Source: Hydrolagus affinis
Taxonomy: Eukaryota
Assembly: GCA_012026655.1 (NCBI GenBank)
Contig: JAAILG010000478.1
Location: 1-64,000, forward strand
Direction: 5' to 3'
DNA: 64,000 nucleotides
Positions within the stretch are counted from its first letter, which is position 1, and the number at the start of each line of letters is the position of its first letter. Below the pieces are notes generated by a model. The model was not told where the DNA came from. It did no database searches and was given only the letters and a program-made list of their open reading frames with translations. Below, one piece after another: positions 23,435-35,205 of the stretch. A program made the translations under genes and the position numbers.

Positions 23435-24158
23435 CTACAAGATTAGCAAAATGCCAAAATGATTAAAAAACACGTACTAACCGAGAAAAGCCATTCTAGG
23501 CCGCCTGGCCACTCTCAATTTCAAATAGCATTCACTTACAAAACATATAGCCAGTAACATTTCAGCACCTTCTGTGAAGCGATTTGAGACATCCCATTGA
23601 CATGGATTGTGTGCTTTATATTAAAAAAATTAGTCACTTCAATCCACGACTGTTTGTAGGACACTGCTGTGCATAAGCAGCTGCTGCATTTTGCTCACAA
23701 ATATACAGTCAATTCATAGTATACGTAAATATTCTGTGAAGCACTTTACGGTATATTCTGTGAAGGGCTTTGAGATGTCTAGAAGACGTGAAAAGCGCTG
23801 TATCAAATGCAAGGATTATTATTATTATATCAAATGCACCCCCATCACAAATCGTCTCAAAACGCTTTTATATGATTCACTGAAGTGCAGTGAAGTGCAT
23901 TTGTTTGTAGGCAAATAAGGCAACCAATTAGTCCCACAAGCACTGATGCAATTTCCTCAACTTGATTTTGTAAACTTCTTGAAATTGTCTACTCATCAGG
24001 GCTCCATCGCTGACGTGATTTAAACTCACCAGAAGAAGTGCCAGAAGGCATCAAGGGTCAGATGTTTTTTTTTATAAAAGAAAACAACTTTGTTTGTTCC
24101 TCTAATTATATTTGTTGTTCCTCTAATTATATTGGGTCCAGCTATTGGAAACAGTGTA

Positions 24159-24902
24159 CAGTAGAAGCCCGCTTATCCGTGACTCGATGAACCGGCATTT
24201 CCGTATAACCGGCAAGCCAAAAAAAAGTCCCCATTCGATAAACCGAAACAATAGTGGTGGAGCATTTGTAAATGCATAAATAATAACAGATAATAACAGA
24301 ATATTTTATTGGTACTTATTGTTAAAACTACTCTCTTGCATTTCTCACCTTTACTGGCAAATGCTGCGCTTGAAGCCATGATGCTGTGGTTGAGGTTTAT
24401 AGTCCAGCAATTCTTTTTAAAATGGAGCACGCCAAGTGGGTGAAAAAAAACAGAGCACAACTTTAAAGCCTTACTAGTGGCAAGCCGATAACACTAGCCG
24501 ATAACTCACATTGTCACGCAGGCGCAGTATTTCGGTTTGCCCCGAGTAGAGTCTAGGGTTATCGGTTTGCCGCTAGTAGAGTCTAGGGTTATCGGCTTGC
24601 CGCTACTATGGCTTTAAAGTCGCGCTCCATTTTTTTCACCCGTTTGGCGTGCTCCATTTTAAAAAGAATCACTGGACTATAAACCTCAATCAGTAAAGGT
24701 GAGAAGCGCAAGAGAGTAGTTTTAACAATAAGTACCAATACATTATTCTGTTATTATTTTAGTCTGGTGTGTATGGTGTGTGTTGAAAGAACTTTAATTT
24801 TTTTGTGGTGGGTTTTCAGCCACGGGCCGCCCAAATATGCGGCAGGCGCTTTAACTGGCATTGGCCAGGTCCTGCGGGTGCCGGATAAACAGGCTTTTAC
24901 TG
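24159..24902. mobile_element. Tigger/pogo-family non-autonomous DNA transposon, 744 bp, internally palindromic
   Basis: TA TSDs at 24157-8 and 24903-4. 21-bp TIRs CAGTAGAAGCCCGCTTATCCG and CAGTAAAAGCCTGTTTATCCG (reverse complement of the right end). Carries remnants MASSAAFASKGEK(C/R)KRVVLTIS, like pogo/Tigger transposase N-termini. Confidence 0.9.
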
Positions 24903-25998
24903 TATTATAGTCTGCCCACTTTGTGTAACGATCAACTGTCCCATTTGGTGAAAACGTTTCAAAAGAAATTGGTTCTGAACTCCCCAACAGTGTACTGTGT
25001 CGGTCTGTCACTGATCTACGTGGTGTGTTGCACACTGGCAGGCAGCCAGGGAGTTTATTGCAATTCCCCTCATAGCGTATTCTCAATCATGGCTGGACTG
25101 TCAGGCAAAGTGTCAAATGGAGGCCAGATGGCTTCCGAAACAGGAGAGAGAGAAGGGGAGGGGAGGAAGTGGACAGCAGGAGTCAACAAAAAAGTCACAT
25201 CAGGGGAATATCATGGATCAAAATGATGGATAAAATAACTAAAAACTGTTGAGATTCCTTTTTTTTCCCCCTGGGTGAACTCAGTATATTGTCTCATCAG
25301 AAGGCTGGTCCATTCGACAATGCATTCTCTGCAATGCAGTGTCAGTCTAGACAACTAGAGTGAGGTCCATAGGAACTATAATTATGAGCCTCCCAAGCTT
25401 CAACAACAACAACAACCTGCATTTACATAACACCACTTATGCAGTGTAGTGTTCCCAGCTTCATAGTCATTCGCCTACAAATATGCAATCACTGCAGTTT
25501 ACAGTAAATCCTGTGACATGCTTTGAGACGTTTCACAGAACTGATGAGGTACATATGCCAAATATAACAATTAATATAATTTTATTGGCTCCGCAAACCT
25601 CAGCGGATTGAATTCAAATCCTTGTCCTAGTCTCCAGTTCTAGCATTGTTTCATTCCACCCAAGTATACAGGCTCCTCAAGGCCAACTCCAATGCCCAAA
25701 CTCCTACTCCTCCAATTCTGCTCAGTTCTTATTGTATTCTCACTCAGAGGGTGTGCGCATTCCATTCCAACAATCTATCTCTGAGATTTCCATGTGTAGG
25801 TTGGATGCATGGAAATCTCATCTTGGTTTGGATACTCTTATGGATGATGATGGGTTTCCGCATGTGTTACAAGACACTTGGCTAAGAGATTATTTGAAAA
25901 GCTTCCTTGGAGGATTCCTTTAACTGGAACCTCTTAACTGGAATATTCCTTTTAAGTATCAAGGGCATAATTAATTTCTGCTCATAGCAGAACAACGA

Positions 25999-26500
25999 GT
26001 GAAAAATTTGAGATCCGTAATCTGTCCTGTTTCTTTAATACAGTAATACAACATGGCAACAATTAAGAAGTACTAAACTCCACTAAGCTAACAGAACAAA
26101 ATCTCAATTTTATTAGGTGTGCTTACTCAGATGCCACCAGCGCAGACTGGAGGAATTGAACTCTTATTTTTAAAATAATTTGCTTCAACAGCTGTTGCAC
26201 AGAAACATTTTAATTTACACTACCATGCACATTGTGTACCATAATTTGTGCAGGTGGACGTTAAAAATCCTATGGCAGTATTCAAAAAGTGAAGGGAATT
26301 TCACCCAGTGTCCTGGCCTCAATTGGTCATTCATGTCATGGCTGTTTACAGGACATTGTTGAGCGTGAATTGACTGCCACACCTAATAAAATGGAGATTT
26401 TGTTTTGTTAGCTTAGTGGAGTTTAGTACTTCTTAATTGTTGCCATGTTGTAATATTGTATTAAAGAATTAGGACAGATTATGGATCTCAAATTTTTCAC
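25999..26500. repeat. Inverted repeat, 123-bp arms (25999-26121 and 26378-26500)
   Basis: Manual alignment gives about 7 mismatches and no gaps. The 256-bp spacer contains a DeuSINE fragment. Confidence 0.95.
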
Positions 26501-26555
26501 AGAATACACAGCCAGGCTGACACACAGAAAACAAAAGAATAGGATACTATCTTAC

Positions 26556-26740
26556 TGGTGGAGGTGTTTGTCCTGCGGCAGGTTCCAACACGGGAGCTGT
26601 GCTCTGACTCTCTCGCTGTCCCAGCATGATGGCAACAATCTCTGCAAGGGCTTCGTTTACAAACTGCCGAACCAATCCCGAGTCCACAGGAACTCCTGCG
26701 TCTACAAAAAGCTGGAACCCGCTTCCGCCCGCAGCTTCAA
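26556..26740 (-). CDS. KIAA0586: KIAA0586/TALPID3 exon (185 nt, phase 1 to 0)
   Basis: tttttgcag acceptor and CCA|gtaaga donor. Encodes [44 protein letters not shown]..., matching human [36 protein letters not shown]. Confidence 0.97.
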
Positions 26741-27084
26741 CTGCAAAAATAACAACAATTTGCACTCACACAGCAAAATTCATGTAGGAGACCGACTCAA
26801 AGGAGATGGGGTGGGGGACGCCAAAAAGAGTGGGGTGATTGGTTTGGAGCAAGTCTTCAACCCACCTTTTTGAAAAAGGAAGCTTACGTGCCATCCAGTA
26901 ATTTCGGAATGAAAAATCATGATAGAAAGGAAATGTTAACAGGAACAGCACATAAAAGGCAAAGAAGACACTGTTAAATTGCCCACAAAGTGGGAAAGAA
27001 TGTATTGACATTCCATTATTTGACAAAATAACGGAGAGATGATGGTGCAGAAGTTTGTAGGTGGAGGAGGACCTGGAGGCTCAC

Positions 27085-27206
27085 CGATGTCTGATGCTGA
27101 ATCCACACTCTCCTCACTTTCGTCCCGGTTGCTGATGTGTGGGACAGGCACTGGCTGGGAAGGATACATCTCGCTAATGATCCGGGACATGAGTTCTTGT
27201 TCAACC
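27085..27206 (-). CDS. KIAA0586: KIAA0586/TALPID3 exon (122 nt, phase 2 to 1)
   Basis: ttactgatag acceptor and G|gtgagc donor. Encodes (W)VEQELMSRIISEMYPSQPVPVPHISNRDESEESVDSASDI (human WVEQEIMSRIISGLFP). Confidence 0.96.
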
Positions 27207-27352
27207 CTATCAGTAAAACAAACATCTTAGTATTAGCGACGAGGAGAATAGACCCACATTACACTGGTCAAACTCGAGAAGCTGTCCATTTTAGAATCCG
27301 GGAGGTTTAAGCATATCTCAAAATATGGTACTGCAGTCAGTCACTCACTCAC

Positions 27353-27546
27353 CACTCAACCAATTGGTTTTCAACGGATTCCTTGTACTGAATCATTCCA
27401 TCCACAATGTCAACAACAGGCTGAAGAGCAGGAGCTGAGGGAGGGAATGGAGTGCCGTGGTAAGCGAGTGAGACTGATCCAGCAAAGCCCTCCAGCTCTA
27501 TGCCTGGCTCAGATGGTTCTGGCAGTACATCTTCATTATGCTGGTC
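27353..27546 (-). CDS. KIAA0586: KIAA0586/TALPID3 exon (194 nt, phase 0 to 2)
   Basis: ctatttag acceptor and TG|gtgagt donor. Encodes DQHNEDVLPEPSEPGIELEGFAGSVSLAYHGTPFPPSAPALQPVVDIVDGMIQYKESVENQLVE(W) (human YNGPPFPP...LENSLIQW). Confidence 0.95.
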
Positions 27547-27639
27547 CTAAATAGGTGGAAGATAAACAAGGTAGAGTTAAAACAGGTTTGTTGGATACAA
27601 CCATTTGGCCACAGAAAACAAGATGGAATATCTTTGATC

Positions 27640-27915
27640 CTAAGAGGAGACTTAATAGAAGTTTTCAAAATTATGAGGGGATTCGATAGGGTGAACAAGG
27701 AGAGACTATTTCCACTGGTGGGTAGGTCGGTAGCCCGAGGACACCAACTTAAACGATTTAAAATAGTTATTAAAAGTTTGCAGGGCTATGCGGAGAGAGT
27801 GGGGAGTGGGATTGATTTGGATAGCTTTTTTCAAAGAGCCGGCACAGAATGATCTTCATTGAAGATCAGGGTTGAATGATCTTCATCTGTGCTGTATAAT
27901 TCTCTAATTCTATGA
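27640..27915 (+). mobile_element. CR1 LINE 3' fragment
   Basis: Translates to LRGDLIEVFKIMRGFDRVNKERLFPLVG (CR1 ORF2 C-terminus), followed by the 3' tail. Confidence 0.9.
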
Positions 27916-30900
27916 TCTTCCTCTGGTTTCCTGATTTACAGAAATATGCAATTGGATAAAAGTGTACTTGCGTGAGATAAACGTAATCCATATAAAGCAT
28001 GGACTTTTATGGTCGTAAGTTGTGGTGTTTTCTTTAAATCACTCTGTATATATGTACTGCCTCTGAATAGTTAGTCCCTGAATATGATTAGGACTCCACC
28101 CTATCTGTCCAAATCTGTCCAGTATGTCACCAGTTTGTTGTATGAGCCTCCTTTCTTTCAACTACCAACAGAGCTTAGCTTCTAATCACTTCACCCTCTC
28201 TGGAACTGACTTCTAAAACCTCTTTGCCTCTCTCTCCGCTTTCAAACATCAAAAGATCTATCTCTTGGATCGCAATTACAGTCACCTCTTAAATTCTCCC
28301 ATTTTATTGCTTTATCGTATTCAACCATGTTTGCAGAGTATACAATGTGTAAGCAGAAACAAATTATAAAAGCCTTGAATCAATCGAGATACTGGAGCCT
28401 CACTGAAGTGCAGATTGAGGCAACATGCCACATATTGCTTTGTGGTGAAGATATGACACAAGGATTGCTTGACAACAGCAAACCAGCTCTGGCTCTGTCC
28501 TTGTTGTGGCTGCAGGGCCCCATGTTAACTGCTTGGTTAAGGTTGCCTTGTGATCGGTGCCAATACTGTAAATTTTTGCTCTGAGGGTTTCGCTGGCACG
28601 TGGACGAAGAGGACACAGCTGTTTGGAGTTTGATGGTCTAGTATGTTCTACTTCGTCTTTACACACATCAGAAATAGTTCTGCGAAAAATTGATCTCAAC
28701 AGCTGAACAATGCAGCCCTCGTTCCAAAATAGGGGCCATCAATTTCCAGATGTCTGATTTTATAGAACGTAAGATTGAACATTTGAAAGCATATAGTTTC
28801 AAGCAAGGCAGAACAGGCTTGAGGGACTGAATGTCCTCCTCTGGTCCTCTGCCACTAAAAGAAGCTTGTGAGATGGCAATGCTACTTTCAACGTAGAAAT
28901 AGTTCATCGACCTCTTATTTTCTGTCCGTAAATGCACGATACTCAGTTAGGATTATATTCCGTAATGGAGCGGCAGCCTTTGCACTGAAAACATGTAGTG
29001 GGAGGATAGTACCAAACTAACACTCCAAATTTGTACTTTCGTTCCAAGATTTTACCCCATGTTTTGAATTGTATATAAATGCATGTATGGACATATCAAT
29101 TTGAGGAATTGATTTCACGACAGATTCACCGCAGATAAGTAATAATTCACAACAAACTCAAAATGTCTCAGGGTGGTTCAGAGGGTTCACTATAAAGTGT
29201 AGCAACCGCCTATTTTACTGTGATGTTTATGTGGGGAAGTGGGGAAGAAAGTAGAAGGCTGGGTGAGAGATACACAGGATAGCATTTGGCCAAACTGTAA
29301 AAAACAGTCTAGTCACCCAGTTTAACTGGGGTGAGAAAAGCTCAATCAATGGTCTTGCCTTTAATCATACAGACTGCTCTCAGGCTGGTAAAACAGTGTA
29401 ATGCAAACATTGGGACAATTAAATTCAGAATTAAAAAAGAATGTCAATATTGAGATCTTCTTTTGGGGAATTGTAAAGGGGATTCATAAATTGTGAATCC
29501 TGGAGTTACCTGGATATGGCTAGTTCTGATAGGCCAAAATTCCCATCTCATAATATAATAAAGGTGGTTTAACTGTGTAGGTGTTCTTAATACTTATAAA
29601 TACTCATAATACTCTATAAAAGTACTGTAGTACTTATAGTTCCTATAGTTCATCCATCTTCCCCAAACTCTCTGCCCAGTAAACCTACACCAATAGAGAA
29701 AAACGGAGACGAGGAATTAAAAGTCAGGTTTCTCTGTGAGCTAAAATTATATTCTGTAACTTACATTCCCAGCAATTGTACAGCAAGGAACTGCCAAAAC
29801 AACATTTTAAGCCCAAAAGACTGAATGTGAGACCCAGAGATCAGCTTTTCTGGCAAGGACTGTGCATTTGCTTGAGGTCTGTGCAGTTTTTATATCCTGG
29901 CTTCTTGCCAAGGCCAACTTCCAGACAAACATTCTTGCACCAAGTGTGGTACTTTTGAAGCTTCCTTGGTAACTGAAAGGGCAATGTGTTGTGTTCTGTG
30001 CTGGAAGCCAGCGCGGTTTCAGCTGGCTCACAAACGCACAAGGGCCCAGCTTCCAGAGCTGTGTCTTGTTTTTTCTGGTCAGATGTTTGTGGTGCAGTTG
30101 GAATAATACACAATACTTTATTAGTCTTGTGATGGAAAAAAGGCATCGGGCCAGAAGAATGAGATGCGGATTATTAAGAGTCTTTTTAAAGGGAAGTTGG
30201 GGGGCGAGGTGCAGAGGAGGGGAAACATGTAGTCCAGTGAACAGTCTTGTTAAAGTTTTATGAAGTGTACCGGTACCCTATGGAAAAGAAGCTTTACATA
30301 AGTTACCAGAACATATTGGAACTCTGGTTGTTAGCAGTGAAATGCAGGTATAGTACCTTTAAAAGGCAGGAGAGATTTAACCTTAATATTTACTCTACTC
30401 AGGCTCATTTGATTTAGAGCTATATTTGAATGTGGGGTAATGATGAGCAGTCTTGTGCTATCTTCTGCCTCGCCCCCCCTGCCCCCCCACACCACGCCAT
30501 CCCCACCGCCTTTGCATTTTTTTCAGGGGGAAGGAATCTCCTCTGGTCACGCCTACCACTGGGGTACAGTTCAACTGGGTACAAATCTGTCTGAGGCTCG
30601 TAGAGTGTGATAAATAATAATGATAATTTATTACTATTCAAACACTGTTTGTGGGGCACTGCTGTGCGCAATTGGCACTGTATTTGACACTGCCCTTTTC
30701 ACTCTGAATCGTCTCAGTGTACATTACAGCGATTACTGTAAAGTGCAGTGGTTGTGTATTTGCAGGCAAATGGAGCAGACAATTTTGTGCATATCAATGT
30801 ACCATAAGAAAGTACATTTCTATCATGTTATACTTCTTGAATTCCAGTTTACAACAAAGCCCTTCACAACAAGAAAAAAAATCACTGCAGTGAATTGCTT

Positions 30901-32196
30901 CTGCAGATGGCCCTGAGATAAAACTAAGCCCAATTTTAAAGCCGAGGAAGTCTTTTAGTGCCAAATGGTTCAAGGGCAGACCTTGACTGTGTAGTCAATC
31001 ACAATTGCTCAGTTTTCACAAATCCTTTTCAACCATCTGACAAACTTTATGGTCTCAGAGGTACACTGAAATAGGCTTCACATTTACCACCAGCAGAGAA
31101 TGGCCGTTTCCTGCCCCCAAGTGGGTCTGACCCTCAGTGGAACCAGACGGATGATGGTGGTGCTTAACTTTAGCCATCTGCTTCTGTATGAAGTTATTCT
31201 AGATTGAAATCAGAGATGCCGATGGTTAAACAGTTTTCAATCATTGACGGATAGTGTGCCTGAATCTCCGCTAGTTGTTGATTTTAGCGATGGTATTTTG
31301 GCACTAAATGGGTTTTGTTCATAAGTAAAGTAGAATGGATTGGCTCCAAAGAGGCTAAAGTGGATGTGTAACCACTGGTACAGAGGGTACTGATCCTGCC
31401 ATCATCTATTAGTACTCTGTGAGGCACAGGAAATGGGTATACGCTGTGCAATACCCTGTGTATCTTCAGCACGCAGTCAGGCAGAACCGAGATACCTTGA
31501 GATCCTTGGCTCCATTATGCTCGTAGGTCATATAGGTCAGCGCTGCCCTGGCACTGGTTTCACTTTATTAAATTGTTGTGTTGCCAAACAGTCAGTAAAA
31601 TGCAATTAACTGCAGAGGTCAAGGTTAAACATGAGCCAAGTACAGTAGTAAACACCAGCAGTGTGGAGCGTTGCGAACATTATCCCTAAGAAAAGTGAAC
31701 AACAGCAACAACTTGCACTTGTGCAGCTGCTTTCATGCAGGAGAACGTTTCAAGCTAGCATAACCTGGGAAGGATTATCGCTACACAAGAGGATCAGTCC
31801 CATGAATCTAATCTTTGTGGAAGATTGGACTCATAGGACCCCGTCTTTCTTGCCAGTTTTCCCCTTTTAGTAAACACTTAATAGTGAACCTGGATTGCCC
31901 GACCTCTGGGCAAAAGATCACCAACCTAACACTGAAACTGTTTGATTTATTTCCAAAGCATTGGCAAACTCCGAACTTTGTCTGTGCTTTTAGAAAAGTC
32001 CAGCAGAGAGCAGCATACAATAAGAGGATTGTCTCACTCATACCTCACTGTTCATTAACCACCATTCCAGATCTTTAGGGAGTGTCTCTGAAAAGTCTGA
32101 ATAGCTACCCAAAGCACAATGTTTAGACTGGGTGACTGGTGGGCTCTGCTGTGCAGGGCTGTTGGAATACAATGGCAAATACGACTGAGGCTATAC

Positions 32197-32670
32197 AACA
32201 CAATACAAAATTACATTTGTTGAATTCCTTTAATGTCTGGAGGACCTCCCAAAGTGCTGTACAGTTTTTGGACTGGAGCAGGTGGTGGGGTTGGGGCAAG
32301 GGAGGGTGGAGGCCAGGGAAGATAGCCGAAGGTACGGTTGAAAAGGAGGGTCTTAAGATATGCCTTGAAGCACACAAGGAGTGGGGGGCAAAAAGGCCAA
32401 TGGTGGTCAGCCTCTATGCCTCCACGATTTGGAACTCCATCCCACAATCCCTTCGCCTTGCTCCCTCCCTTTCCACTTTCAAGGCTGGTCTCAAGTCCTT
32501 CCTTTTCGACTGTGCTTTCAGCCACTCCCTTCTGTGCCCTTCCTCATCCCAAACCTGCCCCCTCACACCCCTCAGCCATGCTTAGGTCCTGATCCCTGAC
32601 TCTTCAGTGCCTTGGGATGACCTCCCGACATGAAAGGCACTCTACAAATGTAATTTTATTGTTGTTGTAC
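32197..32670. mobile_element. Two L2 3' fragments joined back to back (minus 32197-32390, plus 32400-32670)
   Basis: Plus copy reads IWNSIPQSLRLAPSLSTFKAGLKSFLFD and has a tail. Minus copy reads FKAYLKTLLFNRTF and has a tail. Confidence 0.85.
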
Positions 32671-34098
32671 ATATGAATTTTATTGGATCTCTGAATACGC
32701 AGACTGACTTTCAGCAGCACTTAGCATTCAATGCAGGTCACCGTTGGTTTCATTCACAGAACTTCGCTATCACAATTGCATTCACTGCAGAGCAGGATAT
32801 GACTTTCAAGGACATGATGCCTTACCGACTACACTCTCACACGCACAATACATGCGCCAGACACTTGAGTGTGAGACACTCCCGGAGTGTGAAAGAGTGT
32901 TTTTATTGCAAATGCAAAATTAAAGCGTTGAGGCTTAGTCCCCCGCCAGGTAACTCGCGGTATGTCAGTGCACACCAAGGCTTTCGGGCAGGGCGGCTCT
33001 GTGCTGTTTGCTTTGCTCAGACGCAACTGGGGGAAAAAAATAATGGGCACTGTACATAAACCACGTAATACTTGACAACGGAGTTTAAGAAAGAGGGTCT
33101 GCAAACAAAGGGCAATCAAAACTGCTCCATTGAGGCGTTCCTGATATTTCTGCCAATCTAAATCTTTCAAACCATCCGCAGAAATCACACATGTGCCTGG
33201 CATCATTCTAATCTGCTTGTGAGGTGGCGCAGTGGGAATTTCTTTGCTCTGAAGCTGAAATATTAACACTTGCTAATCTGTACTCTGCACTTGCTTTAAA
33301 CCCAAACCAATTTGAGGCCTTATTAAAGTAATAATTCCTTCAAAAAAAATAAGAAGAAATTGGTCACTTCAATCCCCAGCTGTTTGCGGGACACTGTTCC
33401 CCCTACCCAGCCCCCCACCACCCCCAACCCCACCCCACCCTGGTCACTGGATGGTAATACAGTCTTTCCGTTGAAAAACCGTAAAATGTCTGTCTCAGAA
33501 AGATCTGGTTCACAAATCTTAGTGAAGGATCCCTGATCTTTTACACAATCGAATGACCCCCACCCCCACCCTCCCCACCCCCCCCCCACACACACACACA
33601 ACCTTAAGTCTTGGATTTAAGATTGCACAGAATTTCTAAAAATTCCTAAATTCATTCTTAATTCAGAAGTGAGTTTTCTGCAAATCTCAAAAATAACTGA
33701 CTACCAAATTAAGCCTGAATATGAGAACTCACCTGCAGCTCAGGCTGAGATTCAGTAACTTATCCGGGATTTGATTCTGCAACTCCCTGGTCTGTAGGCT
33801 TTGTAGGGTCAATCATTACCCATTTGGCTTTTGAGGGATTTTTAGAAAGGGCCATTTTATTAGGATAATTAAAATGCAAGTTTCACCAAAAAATTGATTA
33901 AAGTTAATCATTGATCTGAATCCTGTGTGGGAGACATTGCTAGTGCACATTAGCTGCATTCAAAACAATCACTGCACTTCAAAGCAACTCATTGTGAGAA
34001 GCAGTTTGAGATGTTTTCACATGAGAAGGTGTTATATCAACAATATTTATGACGCCAGTCACTGAAGAAATGCTTGTTACATGTTTGGTTGTTGGAAC

Positions 34099-34744
34099 AT
34101 AATAATAATAATACTGATAATAATAATCCTTGAATTTGATATAGCGCTTTTCACGTCTTCTAGACGTTTCAAAGTGCTTCACAGAATATACTGTAAAATG
34201 AATTGACTGTACATTTGTGGGTGAAACGCGGCAGCCAATTGTACACAGCAGTGCCTCACGAACAGTCATGGATTGAAATGACCAATTTATTATTGTTTTA
34301 TTTGAGGGATTATTATTAGGATATATTGAGGGATATAAAGGCCCCACCATCGGAGGCCGGGCCTTTAGTTTCTCCGCTCCCACCCTATGGAATTCTATCC
34401 CCCAATCCCTCCGTCTCGTTTCTTCCCATTCCTCTTTCAAGGCCGGCTTGAAGACTTTCCTCTTCGACCGTGCCTTTTGTTCCCCCCCGAATTCTTCGAC
34501 CTCCCCCTCGTGTTTCACCCCCGCCCAAACATTCCCCTCCCAGCTCGGGTCACACTCCCCCTGTGCAGCGCCTTGGGACGTCCTTCCGACGTGAAAGGCG
34601 CTCTATAAATGTAATTTGTTGTTGTTGTTGTTGTTGTAGGCGTGTGGAGTCAGGAATCTTGCCCAAGGATTTGGCCCGCCTGGATTCGAAAATAGTTCTC
34701 ACGCTTGTAAGGCGAGTGCTCTAACCATTGAGCTACAGGTCTCC
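34099..34744 (-). mobile_element. tRNA-head SINE split by an L2 insertion
   Basis: SINE 3' part at 34099-34320. The head resumes at 34637 (taggcgtgtggag...gtgctctaaccattgagctacaggtctcc). Confidence 0.88.
34341..34636 (+). mobile_element. L2 LINE 3' fragment with (ttg)n tail
   Basis: ccaccatcggaggccgggcctttagtttctccgctcccaccctatggaattc...ttcaaggccggcttgaagactttcctcttcgacc...gtgaaaggcgctctataaatgtaa(ttg)n. Confidence 0.9.
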
Positions 34745-34867
34745 ATATAGAATGCTTTCTAATTTAGAGTGTTGGAGTCTTTTCAGCATTTAAAAATAAT
34801 TGAAAGATAATTAACCTTGCATTTTCACATCTCAACAACGTGATAAGATACTATGTCAGATGCAAGG

Positions 34868-34912
34868 ATTATTATTATAATTATTATTATATTATTACTA
34901 TTATAATTATAT
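34868..34912 (+). repeat. (TTA)n imperfect microsatellite (SINE tail)
   Basis: attattattataattattattatattattactattataattat following gatgcaagg. Confidence 0.85.
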
Positions 34913-34914
34913 TT

Positions 34915-35205
34915 GTGGCATCCAGGGGTTAGAGCACTCACTTTACAAGCGACAGATCTGGGTTTGATTCCCAGCTGGGTGAAACCTTTTCCTTACTCCA
35001 CATGCCTGATAATACTCTCAAGAAAAACAAAAAATATTTTGGTCACTCAATCCACAACTGTTTGTGCGACATTTCTGGCGCAATTGGTTGCCACATTTCA
35101 CCCACAAATATACATTCAATTCACTTTACAGTATATTATGTGAAGAGCTTTGTAATGTCTAGAAGACGTGCAAAGCGCTATATCAAATGCAAGGATTACT
35201 ATTAT
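34915..35205 (+). mobile_element. tRNA-head SINE, short subtype
   Basis: ggttagagcactcactttacaagc head and ctagaagacgtgcaaagcgctatatcaaatgcaaggattac tail. Confidence 0.85.

Noticed and set aside
30100-30290. Minus-strand acceptor-like site cttcttttccatag at about 30278
   Set aside because: The downstream translation is unrelated to TALPID3, and the flanking exons already join in frame and collinearly with the human protein.
33979-34518. 179-aa minus-strand ORF, the longest in the track
   Set aside because: It is a chance read-through of antisense L2 and SINE sequence.
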